Shown here: one piece after another, positions 48,562 through 62,869 of the stretch
How positions within the stretch are numbered: position 1 is the first letter of the stretch
How the letters are laid out: each line of letters starts with the position of its first letter
Assembly (NCBI GenBank): GCA_002104905.1
Contig: MCFE01000291.1
Span: 1-64,000, forward strand
DNA: 64,000 nucleotides
Source of the DNA: Basidiobolus meristosporus CBS 931.73
Lineage: Eukaryota > Fungi > Basidiobolomycota
Direction: 5' to 3'
Translations under genes and position numbers: made by a program
The notes under the pieces: generated by a model
The model's database searches: none
Seen by the model: the letters and a program-made list of their open reading frames with translations, nothing else
Told to the model about the DNA's origin: nothing

Positions 48562-50783
48562 TCATGAAGATTTGATGTTTCGCAAGTCGACAATATCAAA
48601 GTCTTGTTTTAACGTTTTGACATGGCTACTTTCCCCAATATTCGCATCCTTGAGAAGTATGCATTTTAGCAAATGCCGCGCACGCATCCTAGACAATAGT
48701 CACTCGAAAACATACCGTGTAAATTGTGCCACCTTCGTGCGGATGAAACAGGCGCGAGTCACGACATTGGGAAATGATGCCCAAGCCTGGAGGGTCGGTC
48801 AACCGGAAAATACCAGTACTTCAGAGAAATAGGGATTTAGTTTATGGACAAACATCAGTCATTGTATGTTTCGAACCTTGGCTCGTGCTTGGGTGCGCAT
48901 ACTACGGCAATCGCTTCAGGCAACATTAGTTGATAGGAACAATGTGTATGAACGTCAACAGAGCTCATGAAGCAGGTTTGCGTGGGGTGTGTCTACATCA
49001 TGAAAGCAAATGTTACGGATCTGTGCTACGAGCTGTAGTCTGATTTGCATACATGAATCCATCCAAGAGTCATTAAATCGTTCTCATCTTGATAAGAAAA
49101 GAGCTCTTCTTCATTGGTCGTGGTGCAAGTATCAGAAGTCGAGGTTTGCTTGGGAATGATCAAGGTAGTAATAAAAAAGGCGTTTTGTTTCTTTGCGTGC
49201 AAAATGTAGATGATGAATATATGGTGGGAGCATGGTAGCAAGATTCAAGTAAATACCAGTGTCCCCGACAAAATGCCGCATGTCTCCAGATTGGCGGCGG
49301 TGTTCTTCTGGGCTATTAGTAAAAACCGCTCCATTAGGTTTGAGGGAAGATGCATCATCCGAAGCGGAGATCCACATTCAGTGGTGGCTATTGGCTCGAA
49401 TGTTAGAGATTGACGCTCATAAAAATCATCGACGATTTCCCCTACCAGTGGACACAATGTTTGGAAGCGACGCCACTTCAGAATAAACGCTAGGCTTTGG
49501 AGGGAGTGAAGGTGCAATACTGTCTGGTATGATAAATGAGCCCATATCCGGCACTGGATTCGAGCAATAATCGAGTGGTTTGGGCGGAAGTTTCTGGTAG
49601 TCTTGCTTGGAAATGGGCTGTGTAGAGGAATAGTCGAACGATAGTGGGCGGTGATTCAAAGACACGTGATAATCTTCGTTTCTTGGATGGTTGAAGTATT
49701 CTTGCTGAGGCTTCGCTGGGAGAACAGGTGGCGCTCGTGAGTTATGATAATCGGTAGGCGTGTAGTTAAACCTGGTCCGTTATTAGTAAACCGAGCTGCA
49801 TATTATTCTTATCGAAATGAGGATGTACCCATCGCTTTTGTTGTGGTTCATAACGTTCGGGTAAGCCTAAAAGTAATCGTGTGCACGTGAGTATTTAGTA
49901 TTGGAGCAATAGGATTTGGCTGCCCGCTGATTCATCTCATACCTCGTGAATATTAGTATAATCACTATGCCTACAGCAGCCACACCGACAATAGTTAGTG
50001 AAAGCAGCGCAACAGCTATTAGCTCAAATCAAGAATGTACCTATTACTCTGACTTTTCTTGCTCAGATCAACCCCCTCTAAAGCCTTTGCCAAGGACCAG
50101 TTAGGGTCAACTTGAGGAATTTCGTTATTTGATACCGATGGGCTAGGTAACTCAGCTCTGGCCGGTGTTGCAACTTCTGCCTGCCTGTTATGATTTGCCA
50201 CAGCTTCTAGGTATTTTTCTTTTGCCTCTATGTATTTCTTTCGGCGCTCTTCAAGGAGTGGCTTGATCTTTTCAAGAATATCCAGTGCAGCGAGACATTT
50301 CTGTACCCGAGCAGAAAGATTGTCGGGGGTGAATGAGATGTGGTAACGTACATAGAAATGGAGGTCCCTTACTTTCTTTAGATCTGTCAAAAGTTTTCGG
50401 TTTTCGGGTTGCTTGTACCCAGGATGCTTCGGCATTTCATGAATAACAAGACTAGTATCAAAATATTGATAAGAATCCAATAGCATCTAGATATACAATC
50501 ACTCGAGACGGAAACATACTTGCTGAATTTGAAATATAACAGATATGCCTTCTGATAGTCACGTTCTTCATAGTAAATTCGAGCCTAATATCAGGACTCG
50601 ATGAGCATTTCATAAAATACGAATGATGAACAGAATGAGGTCATCAACCTGTCGATAGAGTAACTCTGTAGAGCGACAATACAATTTCAAAGATGTGTTC
50701 AAATCGATTACAATCTGTGCTCTTGAATTGAGCTCTTTGATCGATAAGTATTCTTCATCTGTGGGTAGTATTTGGGTATTCAT
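48562..50783 (-). CDS. AMSH/STAMBP-like JAMM (MPN+) deubiquitinase with N-terminal MIT-like domain, multi-exon
   Basis: N-terminal [25 protein letters not shown]; C-terminal [22 protein letters not shown]|[48 protein letters not shown]. Confidence 0.94.
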
Positions 50784-51857
50784 AAGGAAAAGCTCTCTAA
50801 AATAGACGGTGTGTTAGAGTCTCTATCTAAACATAGCAATTAGAGCACCGTTCAATTACTTACCTAGGTGAGTAGAAACAAACCTCGCAGTGGGCCGTAC
50901 AAAAGCACAATGTTTTGCTACCAAATACTACGGAATTCTGTAACCAATTCAATGATGGACATACAAAATCGACAATTTCTAGATTCATATTATAAATCAC
51001 CGGCGAAAAGTGGAAGTCAATCGGCTTTCCTTTTTAGAACTGGGTCAGATCAAGCTTAATTATTAAACCACTGGAGTAACCTTTGTTCATGCAAATAGTC
51101 ACTTGCGACCATTTGGGATGTTGCAGACCAGAAACGCCTTGTATATAACACCAAGACACGCCGTATTGCATTCTATTTCTATAGCACTTGTACATTTGCG
51201 AACGATAAATGGATGTGAAATAGCTGTTTTTGACAAAGCACCAACCCTATTGCAGCAGCCGGATACTGCAGAACGTTTGGTATACGGATTTCTCCCTTCG
51301 ATTGACAATTATACTCTTTCGGGTTGGGAGAAATATGGAGACGAGTAAAGACTTGCACTCCTATTATGGTCGCCACTTCTACATTGATATATATGCGATT
51401 CAGTGCCAAGCACCTAAAATACTCCACTAAATTTCAGCAGTATTGAATCGAGTTGGCTACCGGTTGAGTTGTGCAGTAGTAATATCACTTGATGTTGTGA
51501 TCAAGAATTCATATTCATTCGAGCAACATTCCTATGGTGCACTCATTTTCGCGTATCAACTGGTTTTAATCATTTTTTTAGTTTCGCGGTGGAAATTGAT
51601 TATACTTTGATCAAGTTTGTGCTACCCTGCATTACTTTTCAACCAATACCCCTGTTTACCTTACGTCCTTCGTGGCCATGAATGTCGCCAAAATTTCGTT
51701 TCTTCCTCACCCTAAGATTTTGTACTCTTGGTAGTAAAACACGACTTGTGTATGCTTAATTATTTTATTAAGACATAATTTGTGACAGCATTTGATTTGA
51801 TCGTTTTCTTTTTTGCTTCAAGCTTTGTATCTGCTTACACGTACACCGAAGTATACG

Positions 51858-54800
51858 ATGTTCTGGCGTTTTGGTTTTCATACGGTTTCACCTATCGATA
51901 CTCTGCTCGAAAAGGATGACCTTGCTGTGGAGGAATTGATGGATCAGGACGACATTCTACAAGAATTAAGAGCTGCCAACAGCAAGCTAATAGATTTGTA
52001 ATAATAATTTTCCTTATGATCTATTGAGAGGACGAGTTTTTCACACTCATCGCGCGTATTTTGTATTCGCGTACTTGAAACTCGAAATGTTCTTACGGCG
52101 ACCTAACCTGTGCTTCTTGAACATGTTTTAGTTTATGTCAACCGGAGGTGCTTAGCCAGCTTTTTGGTTACTTGACCTGCACTATTGAAGATAATGAAGT
52201 GAATATGAAGTAACGATTCTTCACCTTGCGTGTTATATTGTTAGAGTACTAATCTGCCTTTTTCTGATCATTCATTAGATATCCTTATATAGCTGGAGAA
52301 ATCCTTTCTTGCGAAGAGGTATGGGGTCTTAGCAAGGCTATATTAGAAAATAAAGAGCTCCTGTCGTCCTTTTGGGAAATCCTCGATAAACCGGCTCCCC
52401 TCCCTTCCATACAAGCGGCATATTTCAGTAAAATCATTTGCACTCTCTTGGTGAAAAAGAGCGAAGAGGTTTGTTTTCAACCATATTGGCAGATGTCTTG
52501 TATTTCATCCACTAAAACGGAATCCCGCAAGATGGTCCTTTTTATCCGAGAGCAACCTGATGCTATAGACAAATTTCTGAGTCATTTGGAGACTCCTGCT
52601 ATCATGGATATTGTTTTGAAGCTTATCAGCCTTGATGAATTGCCTAATGGCGCTGGTGTCGTTGAGGTAGGTATTCGCATGTTAATGTTTCGTTGTATCC
52701 ATACTCATAGCTGTTGTTAGTGGCTTTCATCGGAAGGACTTATGAGTAAGCTTATAGATCGTTTGAGCCCAAAGTGCGATACGGAGGTAGCGTTTAGTTA
52801 CGGGAGCGCGCACGATACTATATACTTAAACCATATTGCTCGTAGACATATTCAGTGGTCGCCCCTATGATTTTGGATATCATAACTATTTCCAAATCGA
52901 CTAGCAATCAACAGCCAAACGCAGGCCCGAATAAGTTGATAAGTCAGCTCAAAAGGTTTTATTCTTGAGAATCTATCAACTTGAAGGAGCGAACTAACCT
53001 TTATTCTTCAGCAAAGAAACAGTCGCCCGGCTAGTAAATTATATGCTGGATAGCACATCTGCCAATGCAGCCTCAGTGTTGGTTAATGGTGTAGGGATCT
53101 TCATTGAATTGATTAGACGAAATTACAGGTTAGTATAGCTTCTCATGTTGCAGTATTCTCTAGACACTAACCTGTATGCCATATAGTGATGATGAGCCAG
53201 CCGGTCTATTTCAATACACCGAGCCTATTGTCCCCATCGATTTAAGCGATATGTTGGAGGTTCTGAGTGATCGTCTTGGTGACTTCCAGCAAGTTCTAAA
53301 ATGTCCTCGTAACGTAGTAAGTAGTGCGCTACCCCCTACTCGGATCTAAATAGTGTTTCTGATGAAATTGCAGGCAGAGTCTATTGAGAGTACAGTTGGA
53401 AAAGTAAAACCATTAGGATTTGAGCGCCTTAAGGTGTGCGAGCTATATGCTGAGTTGCTCCATTGCGCCAACATCAACGTTCCAGAAAGTGAGTCTGGTG
53501 ATGAAGCTCATAAGACCACGCTTGGGAGTGATGGTATTGATAAACGTCGCGATCGATCTCTCGGTAGCTTGCTCTAATTGTTGTCAAAATTAGTTCGTGT
53601 CAACTTGAAGCAGAAATATGTCGATCTCGGAATCGTCACTACTTGCTTGGTACTACAGTTTGACTACGCTGCCTTTTGATAACGAATCCTAAAATCTCTT
53701 GTCTAATAGGACTTGTTCTTCGAATATCCTTGGAATAATTTCCTACACACGATCGTATACGATATATTGCATCAGATCCTGAATCTCCCTTACGAAGTGG
53801 ATGCAAACAAAGCTCTAATCCTATCGGTATGCTATTTTACACTCTCACATGAAAAATCCGTAGCAACGTGCTTACATGATGCCTAGGTTTTCAATGATGC
53901 AGATATCACCTCTAGAATTACTGATGCTCAAAAACAGTGTGATATAGAGATGTAAGTGCTTTAAAGTGTTGATTGCTCAATCGCAGGGACCGTAGTGACA
54001 TATATAAACAACAGTAACGATACCAAGAATATCCGCCCTGGCTATATGGGTCACTTGACCTTCATTGCTGAAGAAGTAGTACGCTTAATTGAACGCTCGC
54101 CCGAGGTTGCTGCAGATGTGAACGGTAAAAGCTTCCTGTTGAATCGGTGAGGTTTCCGTATTAACTTCAATTGTTATTTATTTAGATAAAGTTCAAGCCG
54201 AACCCTGGAAAGAATACGTGTCCAAGACTCTGCGTGAAATCAAGGAGAGGGATCAGCAACCACTTGGCGGTCAACGGCCCAATCTCTTGAATGGTTTCAA
54301 TGACACGGATGACGATGATGATGATTACGAAGATGAAGATGACCTTGATCGTGAACAGCTTGCGAGATATCTAACACCTAGTGGTGAGCTTAGAAGCCAA
54401 TTTGTCACTTCCTTCGACGATGACGATGAAAGCGATGATGACGACCCTGACTGGTTAAGGTAACTATATATTCAATATTCACTGTGGAGTTGACGTAGTC
54501 TCATACGCCCTACTATGCATAGCAAGTTAGCACCAGCTGATGGCTCGTACACTATGAATCTGGTACGTACATTTGATCCTTTTGTTGCTGATCCAATATT
54601 CAAATATTCATACAACATTAGGAAAACATGGAATATGACGGCGATGATCAGGTGGATATTTTCGTGTTAGCATATTGTTGCCAAAAGTATATTGACCCGA
54701 TACCCGATACCTTGAAATAGCTGCATGCGCTCCCCGATGCCACCTCCGAAGAAGATCAATCTCAACGAATCCTCACCATAGCGGATTGGTCTGCTGAATT

Positions 54801-55005
54801 CCAAGAAAACTTTGAATCACCTCAAGGTTTAGGTGACGATGATGAATCAACGGTAAGACCCGCCGAGACAGTGGCAAGTTTGCACCATACTAATATCATT
54901 TTCGGACTACAGTCGAAAGCGAACAATAGAAATTCCGTTGAAGACAGCACTAGCGATCAAATAGAAGTAGCGCCACTGCCTGAGACAGAGAAAGATTCGC
55001 AGTAG
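51858..55005 (+). CDS. SIT4-associated protein / PP6 regulatory subunit (SAPS domain), many exons
   Basis: MFWRFGFHTVSPIDTLLEK..EELMDQDDILQELRAANSKLID, FLSHLETPAIMDIVLKLI, PLGFERLKVCELYAELLHC, YPWNNFLH, GYMGHLTFIAE, acidic tail. Confidence 0.92.
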
Positions 55006-56282
55006 TTCAACGAAATTCGAAATCCTTACATGTGCGGTAACTAGCACAGATGCGCTATCACAACGGAGCAAAAGCAACTCAGATTTATCCACTTGCACTC
55101 AATATTTCTACGTTATACAGGATTTTGTCGTTTACATGTAACTTTTTTCTTTTTTACATTCGCTTGGGTTCGTCGTTTTTGGTCGATCTTTAGAATCTTC
55201 TATCAATCATACAAACAGAATTCCTCAAGTGTTCATTTCATCTCACGAAATTCTTGTTGTCACGTTGGGTCGGCAGAATCCTGTCATTCAGTCGATCTAA
55301 CCTAAAATCGAAATCCAAGGCCACTCTGTTTATTGTACGATTAAAGAGTTCATTTTCTATTTGATTCCAACGATGCTCTTCATCCATTCAACGCATTGAA
55401 TAGAGGATGAACCTGGTCCTGTATATAGTCAACACCTCTGGCAAAGCATCTCTCATGTCCTTGGGCTCCCGTATACAATGCCTGACCTAGGTTTTATTGG
55501 CTGCCATCACAAGGGCACCTTGAATTGGAAGTGATTGCTCTCGAGCAAAACAATCACATACCTCACAGCATTGTGATGTCATTGAGATGTGTAAGAGATA
55601 GCTAAAAACGAACATGAATGTTCTATGGCATATTTGGTAACTCATCATCATGATGTATTGGATAAGAAATGACTGGCAAATTAGCCGAAATATGACGTAA
55701 TTCAATCGAGAATGGTTAACTCGACCGAAGCATATAGCTAATGCAGAACATGCGGTTGCTTGTGTCACTACAGAGTGCCAATTGTCACCAAATAGCAGTT
55801 GCGCTACATCAGGACTGTGAAGACAAGGATTTAGGACAGGCAAATTCCAGTTTAAATTCCAAGAATGCGTCACGTTTAAAAACCAAAGTCGCTATAGAGC
55901 TAATGATGATCGTATCACCTTGTTACTCGGTTAGAGAAATGAGTGGCTGATGGGATGATGTACGTATTGTTTCGAGGTCACTGGATACATCTAAAGATCA
56001 AGACCTCTGGACGGTGCTAGCTTGGATGGTAAAGTGTTTATTGATAAAATCGGGATGGAGGTACAGGATATGTCTCCAGGAAGTGAAGCTTGTCACCCTA
56101 TTTTACATACATACTTTCTGCCAAGTTGGGAAGCAGAGTTAAGCGAGAGTATTTAGTGTCTAGAAAGATTGGTTAATCTAAACACAGCAATGAAAAGCAG
56201 AGTGCACGAGAATGTAGGTCCTAACTCGCTTCCTTGTTGATATTCGCTATTCTTATATGATTAGACCTTGACAGCAGAGGCT

Positions 56283-57222
56283 TTATGAGCTGTGAAGCTT
56301 GTCTGTAGGCGTCATCTGAATCCAGAGACCCTCTTCGTGACTCGGTACAAAGGGATCCCTTTTGGATCGTCGTAGAGTAGCATTATTCATCACACTCCAT
56401 GCATGACTCTGCTTTAGTGGTCGAGAAATAGAATCGACTGCACGGGATACCAAGTTTGTCAGTGGTTCAAGTATTTCACGAGAGTCTTCGAGAACACTAC
56501 TAGATGAGCTGAAAGTAAAGTTAAGAAAGGGTCTTTGAAGAATCGGGATTAAAAAAGCCTACCTCCAGCTCGAAGATGATCTGGGGGAGTACGAGTCCAC
56601 CTCCAATCTGCTTTCCACGTTCTTCCGGCTTTCCGAACTTTCGATGTCTTCTTTAGAAACAATCCGAGCGTCCAGTGTCTTTATCTCCGCATCTGTTATC
56701 GTGCAATGCAGAATGGGGATTTTCAATTCGCTTCGTAGTTGAAGAGGATCGCCCGACCATAGTTTATTTACACGCCGAAGCACCCCAACCTTTGCAAATA
56801 GGATTGGTACGTGAAAGATAGGTTAAAAGGGAGCAGGGCGGTTCGTAACTTACCTCTATACCATATTTCAAGGAAAGTCCAGCAAAAGTATCGGCGGGTT
56901 GAACCTTGTGAAGTAAGATTGCTTTGGCTCTTGGGATCTCAGAGAGATCAACTTGTGGCGAAGGGGCCTCTTCTATCGCTTTGACATTACTAGCGGTAGG
57001 CTTGATCGTCGAAATGCTAGAGGCGTCGAAAAAGCGTATCGAAGTTGGTTGTGGGGCTGTGGAAAAACGCTGGGCAACGCGGGGGGTTACGTTGTGCTCT
57101 TCAGTGATCTCCGTTGTCGTGGGTTCAGCTTCTTCTTGTCCCCGAGCAAACCATTGGTTAGCAGTTGAGTAGGTCGTTTCAGGAATAATACGTTGACGTC
57201 GATTTACTAAGTTGGAGCTCAT
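56283..57222 (-). CDS. Intracellular LysM-domain protein, 3 exons
   Basis: HKVQPADTFAGLSLKYGIE|VGVLRRVNKLWSGDPLQLRSELKIP (one LysM split by an intron); no signal peptide; the third exon 56508-56283 ends LHSS*. Confidence 0.85.
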
Positions 57223-58473
57223 CGCTGGCCGAGTAACACTCAATACTATTGCAGCTGTATGTGATATATTAAGAAATGCGTAGGGACCTCGCGGAGGTGA
57301 TGTAGGCTCAAAATGCGGAAGAATGCGCTCTCAAAAGGTAAAGCTCGCTTTCGATGTGGATATTTCGCTTGAAATAGACTCTCGATGGTGCAAAGAATCA
57401 AAGAAAAACAGCTTGTGTAAAAATAAGATGCAGGAGTGATAGGGATGAAAGAAATAGAATAATTGGTGTACACCGGCCTCGCTTCCACTGCTAATACTAC
57501 AAACTGAATACGGATATTATTTATGGAATATTATTAGGATCTAGTTATGGCAGAAATTACCCAAAAGGGCTGATTAAGCTCAACGGGTGATGGTTCGATT
57601 GAAAGCCGATCAGATTTCCCATGTTTCAGGATGGTTGTGGAAGTGCCAAGAACGAAACATCTAACACTTCATTAAAATAACTTGGGATCCCTAGCATCCT
57701 GATACCACCGAGTTTTCGATGTGGAAGTATATTGTAGTGCATTTTGGTAAGCCGTCAAGGTGGATGCGGCTATCACTGCACTCTGATGAGTAGAAAGATT
57801 GCCGTTCCAGATGAGATGGGGATGCGGTTTCGTTGTGGTTGGCGCAGCTTTTCGGATCCCCAGCCATGGTGACCAAGTGCTGCCCACGTGTGAAGCTTGT
57901 TGAGGATGGTTTCTCTCACTCATACTAGGGATGGAGCAGGCAGATGTGACCTCATCATGGGCTGGTCACTGTGTTGGCCAATACGTCTGGCGTACATATT
58001 GGCCAACCTCAAAACTGGTTGTGTTTTGTTGACTTGCGAGGCAGGAGTTCACATACATGCAACGAATTGTAAGGGTGGTGCTTCCATGATTGGTACGAAT
58101 GTAGGCTCGGAAATTTCGACATCCTTTAACTATCCAAGGCTTAACTTGTATTGCGGTGTCGTAGCTGTGGAAGAATATGATTGATTGATTTACTCCGTTG
58201 ATTCGTGCAAATTATCTGATGCCAAATATAGCCGGTAATTACATCTTGTCAACTAAAATATCAACCTTTGGCCAATGATATGGGTCCACGCTCCCAGTCC
58301 TAGACACGTGATTTCAGAATCGATCTTTTATATTTCCCTCCCGACTCTGTTTGCAGCTGAGGAATCCCAAGTTTTATCTATTGATTAATTACTCTTTGGC
58401 CTGATTATTGTTTACTCTTCACTCCTATACTTGGTTTAAACCTGATTTTGACTAGCGGTATCCATAGAGCCAA

Positions 58474-60270
58474 ATGAAGCTGTACTTATACCTTTCGCCA
58501 GTTTTATCTCTCATACTCCCTTATGCAATCGGTGCCGAACATGAAAAGACCACTCAGCAATACCTTGACGAAGCGAATCGCATGTTGGCCGCTGGACGAT
58601 TCAATGAGGCGCTCTCCAGCTACGACTCAGCAATAGGTAATTCCTTATGCGGCATATTTGCAGAGTAATACTAACTTGACTCTCTGATGTAGAAAGAGAC
58701 CCTTCGAACTACCTAACCTATTTCAAGCGTGCTACAACGTACCTGTCGCTTGGTCGCAGCAATGCCGCCCTAGAGGATTTTAATAAAATTTTGGATATCA
58801 AACCCGATTTTGAACAGGTACTTCTCTTGGACGCCTTCGCGATAGACAACCTATTAACCTTCGTTTAGGCTCTATTTCAACGGGCGAAAATTAATCTCAA
58901 AGAAGGCTTCCTTTCCAAAGCAAAGTCTGATATTAAGGAATATATGCAGAAAAACCCGACGAGCTCTGAAGGGAAGAAATACGTAAGTCGGTCCTGAGTA
59001 TCGTTCTGCACAGTTTGGATTTTAACAGTTTTGATAAAGCTTGACGACGTTCAAGAAGCTGAAACGTCCATTGATTTAGGCGAGAATGCCCTCAAATCCA
59101 AGAATTATGACGACTGCATTAAGCATTATACGAAAGCCATCACAATTGCCTCCACCATGTCCAGTTTACGGCTCAAGAGAGCGGACTGCTATCTAAGGAA
59201 AGGAGAGATTGAAGCAGCAGTTGGCGATTTCTCGTAAGTGCTACTCTATCACAATATATTAAAGCCAGTCATCTCATTACTTCTTAAGTCGTGCAGCCAC
59301 TCTCAATCCAGCCGATGCCTCCAACTTGTACAAACTTTCCAACCTTCAATATTTCATTCTGTATGACCCACAACACGCCCTCAATTCAGTCAAACAATGC
59401 CTCACCTATGATCCCGATGACAAATTATGCAAGCCTATGTTCCGGAAAATCAAAAAGCTTGAGAAGGATATCAAAAAAGCTGAAACAGACGTGGAAAAGA
59501 AGCTCTACCTTGCTGCTGTCAACAAACTCATAGGCCCGAACTCAGATGATGGGTTAATTCACAAGGCAGAAGAAGAAGTCCGCCAAGCTCTGGAGTCTAT
59601 AGGAATATCGTCTAGCCCGAAGTCATTATTATACATCAAGCTCGCACAACTGTCCTGTAAAGCATATGTTGGCAGAAAGAACGGTGCGGCATCCAAACGT
59701 TGGTGCACAGAGGTTCTCAACTCCGACGAAAACAATGTGGAGGCGCTTGTGGGTCGCGGTGAAGCACATATGTTAAACGATGAATTCGAGGAAGCAGTTC
59801 GTGACTTCACCAAAGCCAACGAGCTAAATGGTCATGATCAAGAAATCCAAGAAAAGTTGATGCGAGCGCAAAGACTTTTGAAGCAGTCACAAACTAAGGA
59901 TTACTACAAGGTACTTGGCGTCAATAGATCAGCAACAAAACGCGAGATCAAGAAGGCATATCGCAAGTTGGCAGGCCAGTGGCATCCTGACAAGTACAAG
60001 GGTGACCTTTCACCCGACGCGGTCGCCAAAAAGATGAGTGAAATCAATGAGGCGTACGAAGTTCTAAGTGATGATGAACTCCGTGCCCGGTTCGACCATG
60101 GCGACGACCCTAATGACCCCACTGGTGGCCAGCAGCATCATGGCAATCCATTTGGACAAGGGAATCCTATGCAGTTCTTCTTCCAGAATGGTGGATCGGG
60201 CGGATTTGGAGGATTTCCATTTGGTGCTGGAGGAGATCAAGGCGGTTTCCAATTCAAGTATCATTATTAA
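58474..60270 (+). CDS. ER co-chaperone DNAJC3/P58IPK/Jem1-like (signal peptide, TPR repeats, J domain)
   Basis: Hydrophobic leader [21 protein letters not shown]; TPR exons ([16 protein letters not shown]); [35 protein letters not shown]; G/F-rich tail. Confidence 0.93.
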
Positions 60271-61504
60271 TTTGATATCTTTTGCCTTAGCGGCATGTTA
60301 CTCGGGCTTACTTCAGCTGGTCCAGTCTAAAGTAAATTGTGTGGAACATATTCATGAGATTTTGTAGGTTCTGTACCATTACACTTTATACATTTCTGTC
60401 TTTGAGCCATGTAATAAATACGTCCCGCTGGCAAATATAGCAATGGTGACTTTTCCCATCTACCGTCACTCATATAATGTAGCCTACTCGAGAGCAGAGT
60501 GATCCTCCCAGAGTAACATGAATGGCTTCAATAAAATCCAGGTGTGTATGAACTCGTTACCGCACTGGCTTGTTGATAATGAAGCAGCTGATTCAGATGG
60601 TCATCGCTGTCTAACATGAATCCAACGTTTGCTATATTATCATCTAGGTCCTGGCTTTTCTCAATTCCTAATTATCTACTAGTGTCTCGGGAGCGCAGGT
60701 TTTATGCTGTTATGCGCATCATTATCAAAGCATCATTCATTAGGGGACATGGTGTCTAAGACAGTTATAGCCACTGCTAATGCCCCTTCTAACTACTTCC
60801 GGATCCAGTAATGGCTTCGTTAAACGTTCTTGATTCCAGATCAAGAAGTAATTTCGTAAGGTTCATATTTGAAGTGTATCATGTGTTTAGCGCTTTCTAT
60901 ATTTCCAAATTACAAGTGACCTCACCACCTGAATGAAATGGACTTGTATCAGCGAGTACTTGCATGGGCCAAAAATCAGCAGTTGCTTCACTACGGTTGT
61001 GTGTGGTATGTACGGAACAATACACATGGACATTTTACTATTCAAAATAGATCACAGCGTAGAGCATTGCCAACTAGAGGTGCGGGTGCATTATCTTTCT
61101 ACTTGACAGCATGCAGCACAGGTGGAGCAATGACTGATTTTTGTGGTTGCATGTATTTTCTGTTCCAACGTCATTATTACACAAATATAAAACATCGTGA
61201 AAGCCTAACTTATCGAATTGCGATCACACCGCTTGTATATTTAATCCGCTGACTATGTGGTTGTCGTCTAATTCTGCAGCTCAGGCAAACTAACTCAATT
61301 TAGGGCCAATCTGTTATATATAATTGATGAATTTCCCATAAGGAGGCGATGAGAATACAAGCTGTGCTAGAATAAATTCCATCGATCGGGACACCCTGTG
61401 CTCAGCCCAATATAGCTAATCAACATATTTAAATAATCACCTTACTGCACTCCTGAGCTTTCAGAGGGGCTTGTTTGTGAAGCTTTCGGAGGACAGCCAT
61501 TTCA

Positions 61505-62869
61505 ATGTCTTTACCGCCGGAGATACTTACTGAAATCTTCTCTTACCTTGACAGCCCTGGCCAACTCTATTCATGTATCCGTGTTTGTACAATATGGAGC
61601 TGTATCGCTAGCTCCATGTTATGGTATTCTCCAAAGCCTTCAGGCCATGCAGTGAAAAGTATAACTCGTTTGCTGGTTTCCTTGCAAAGCGTGCAGTCTA
61701 GAAATGCGGAACATGAGGTCATGGAAAAGACGGCGCTCAACCCCGGGGTCTCCGTTGGCCCTCGCTCCTTCTTCACGTGTAACTATAGTCTGTTTGTCGA
61801 AGAGCTTAATTTCTCGTCTCAAAAATCCACTCAGCTGTACATTCAAGACCCCTTTATTCAAGCCATTGCCTCAAACTGTCCAAATATCAAGAAAGTCGAT
61901 CTTACAAACTGTTACAAGCTTACCGACATAGCCATTAAAGCCTTGAGCGCAAATTGCAGGAAGATAAGGCATTTCTCGATTGCTGGCTGCACCTCAATTT
62001 CTGATGCGGCCATCGCTACTATGGCTGATTGTTTCCCGCAGTTGCAAGTGTTATCCGTCAAGCATTGCTTTATAGGCGGATCCTCGCTAGCGTCAGTAGT
62101 TAAAGGATGCCCAAATTTAACTTCGCTTGACGTAAGCCATTGCCAGAATATAAGCAGACCAACTCTTGAATGTATATTCGGTACTGGCAGAAAATTTGAA
62201 TCACTCCAACTTGAATACTGTGGGGCTACTCACTCTGTTGTTCAAAAAATCGCAACCTATAGCGGAAGACTTAAGCACCTAAACCTCAACAACGTATACA
62301 TCTTGACTGATAGCACAATCATTGAGCTGGCCCATCGCTCATCTGCTCTGACTCACCTAGGCGTGGCTTCCAGCTCCATCTCGGACTCTGGAATATTGGC
62401 TCTGGCCCAAAACTGCCGTAAGCTGAAGTCAGTCGACATTTCTTACTGTGGTGCAGTTACTGATCAATCAATCCTGGCACTTGCTACACAATGCCCAGAG
62501 TTGGAACATTTATCAATGGGCTACTGTGACAAGATCTCGGATGTGGGCGTTATTACTCTCGCGAACTGTCTGCCGTATATTCGAAGTATTGACATCACAT
62601 TTTGTGGGCAAATTTCAGACGTTTCGGTCAAGGCTCTTCTTGGTAAATGTCTTAGATTGGAAAGCTTGAAAATGGGCTATTGCGTTCATGTAACCAAGGA
62701 GGCGATACACAGCATACCCGAAGGCCTAGTAACCCTACGCCATCTTAATGTATCTGGTATGCAGGACCTAAGAGATGATGACATAAGAACAATTATGAAG
62801 AAACATCCTCGCCTAAAGAACTTGGGGCTTAAAGGCTGTATGGATATATCTGATGAATTCTGGGGCTAG
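61505..62869 (+). CDS. F-box / leucine-rich repeat protein (FBXL/Grr1-like), intronless
   Basis: N-terminal F-box LPPEILTEIFSYL..CIRVCTIW followed by about 10 cysteine-containing LRRs (LxxLxLxxCxxITDxxI). Confidence 0.92.
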   Translation: MSLPPEILTEIFSYLDSPGQLYSCIRVCTIWSCIASSMLWYSPKPSGHAVKSITRLLVSLQSVQSRNAEHEVMEKTALNPGVSVGPRSFFTCNYSLFVEELNFSSQKSTQLYIQDPFIQAIASNCPNIKKVDLTNCYKLTDIAIKALSANCRKIRHFSIAGCTSISDAAIATMADCFPQLQVLSVKHCFIGGSSLASVVKGCPNLTSLDVSHCQNISRPTLECIFGTGRKFESLQLEYCGATHSVVQKIATYSGRLKHLNLNNVYILTDSTIIELAHRSSALTHLGVASSSISDSGILALAQNCRKLKSVDISYCGAVTDQSILALATQCPELEHLSMGYCDKISDVGVITLANCLPYIRSIDITFCGQISDVSVKALLGKCLRLESLKMGYCVHVTKEAIHSIPEGLVTLRHLNVSGMQDLRDDDIRTIMKKHPRLKNLGLKGCMDISDEFWG

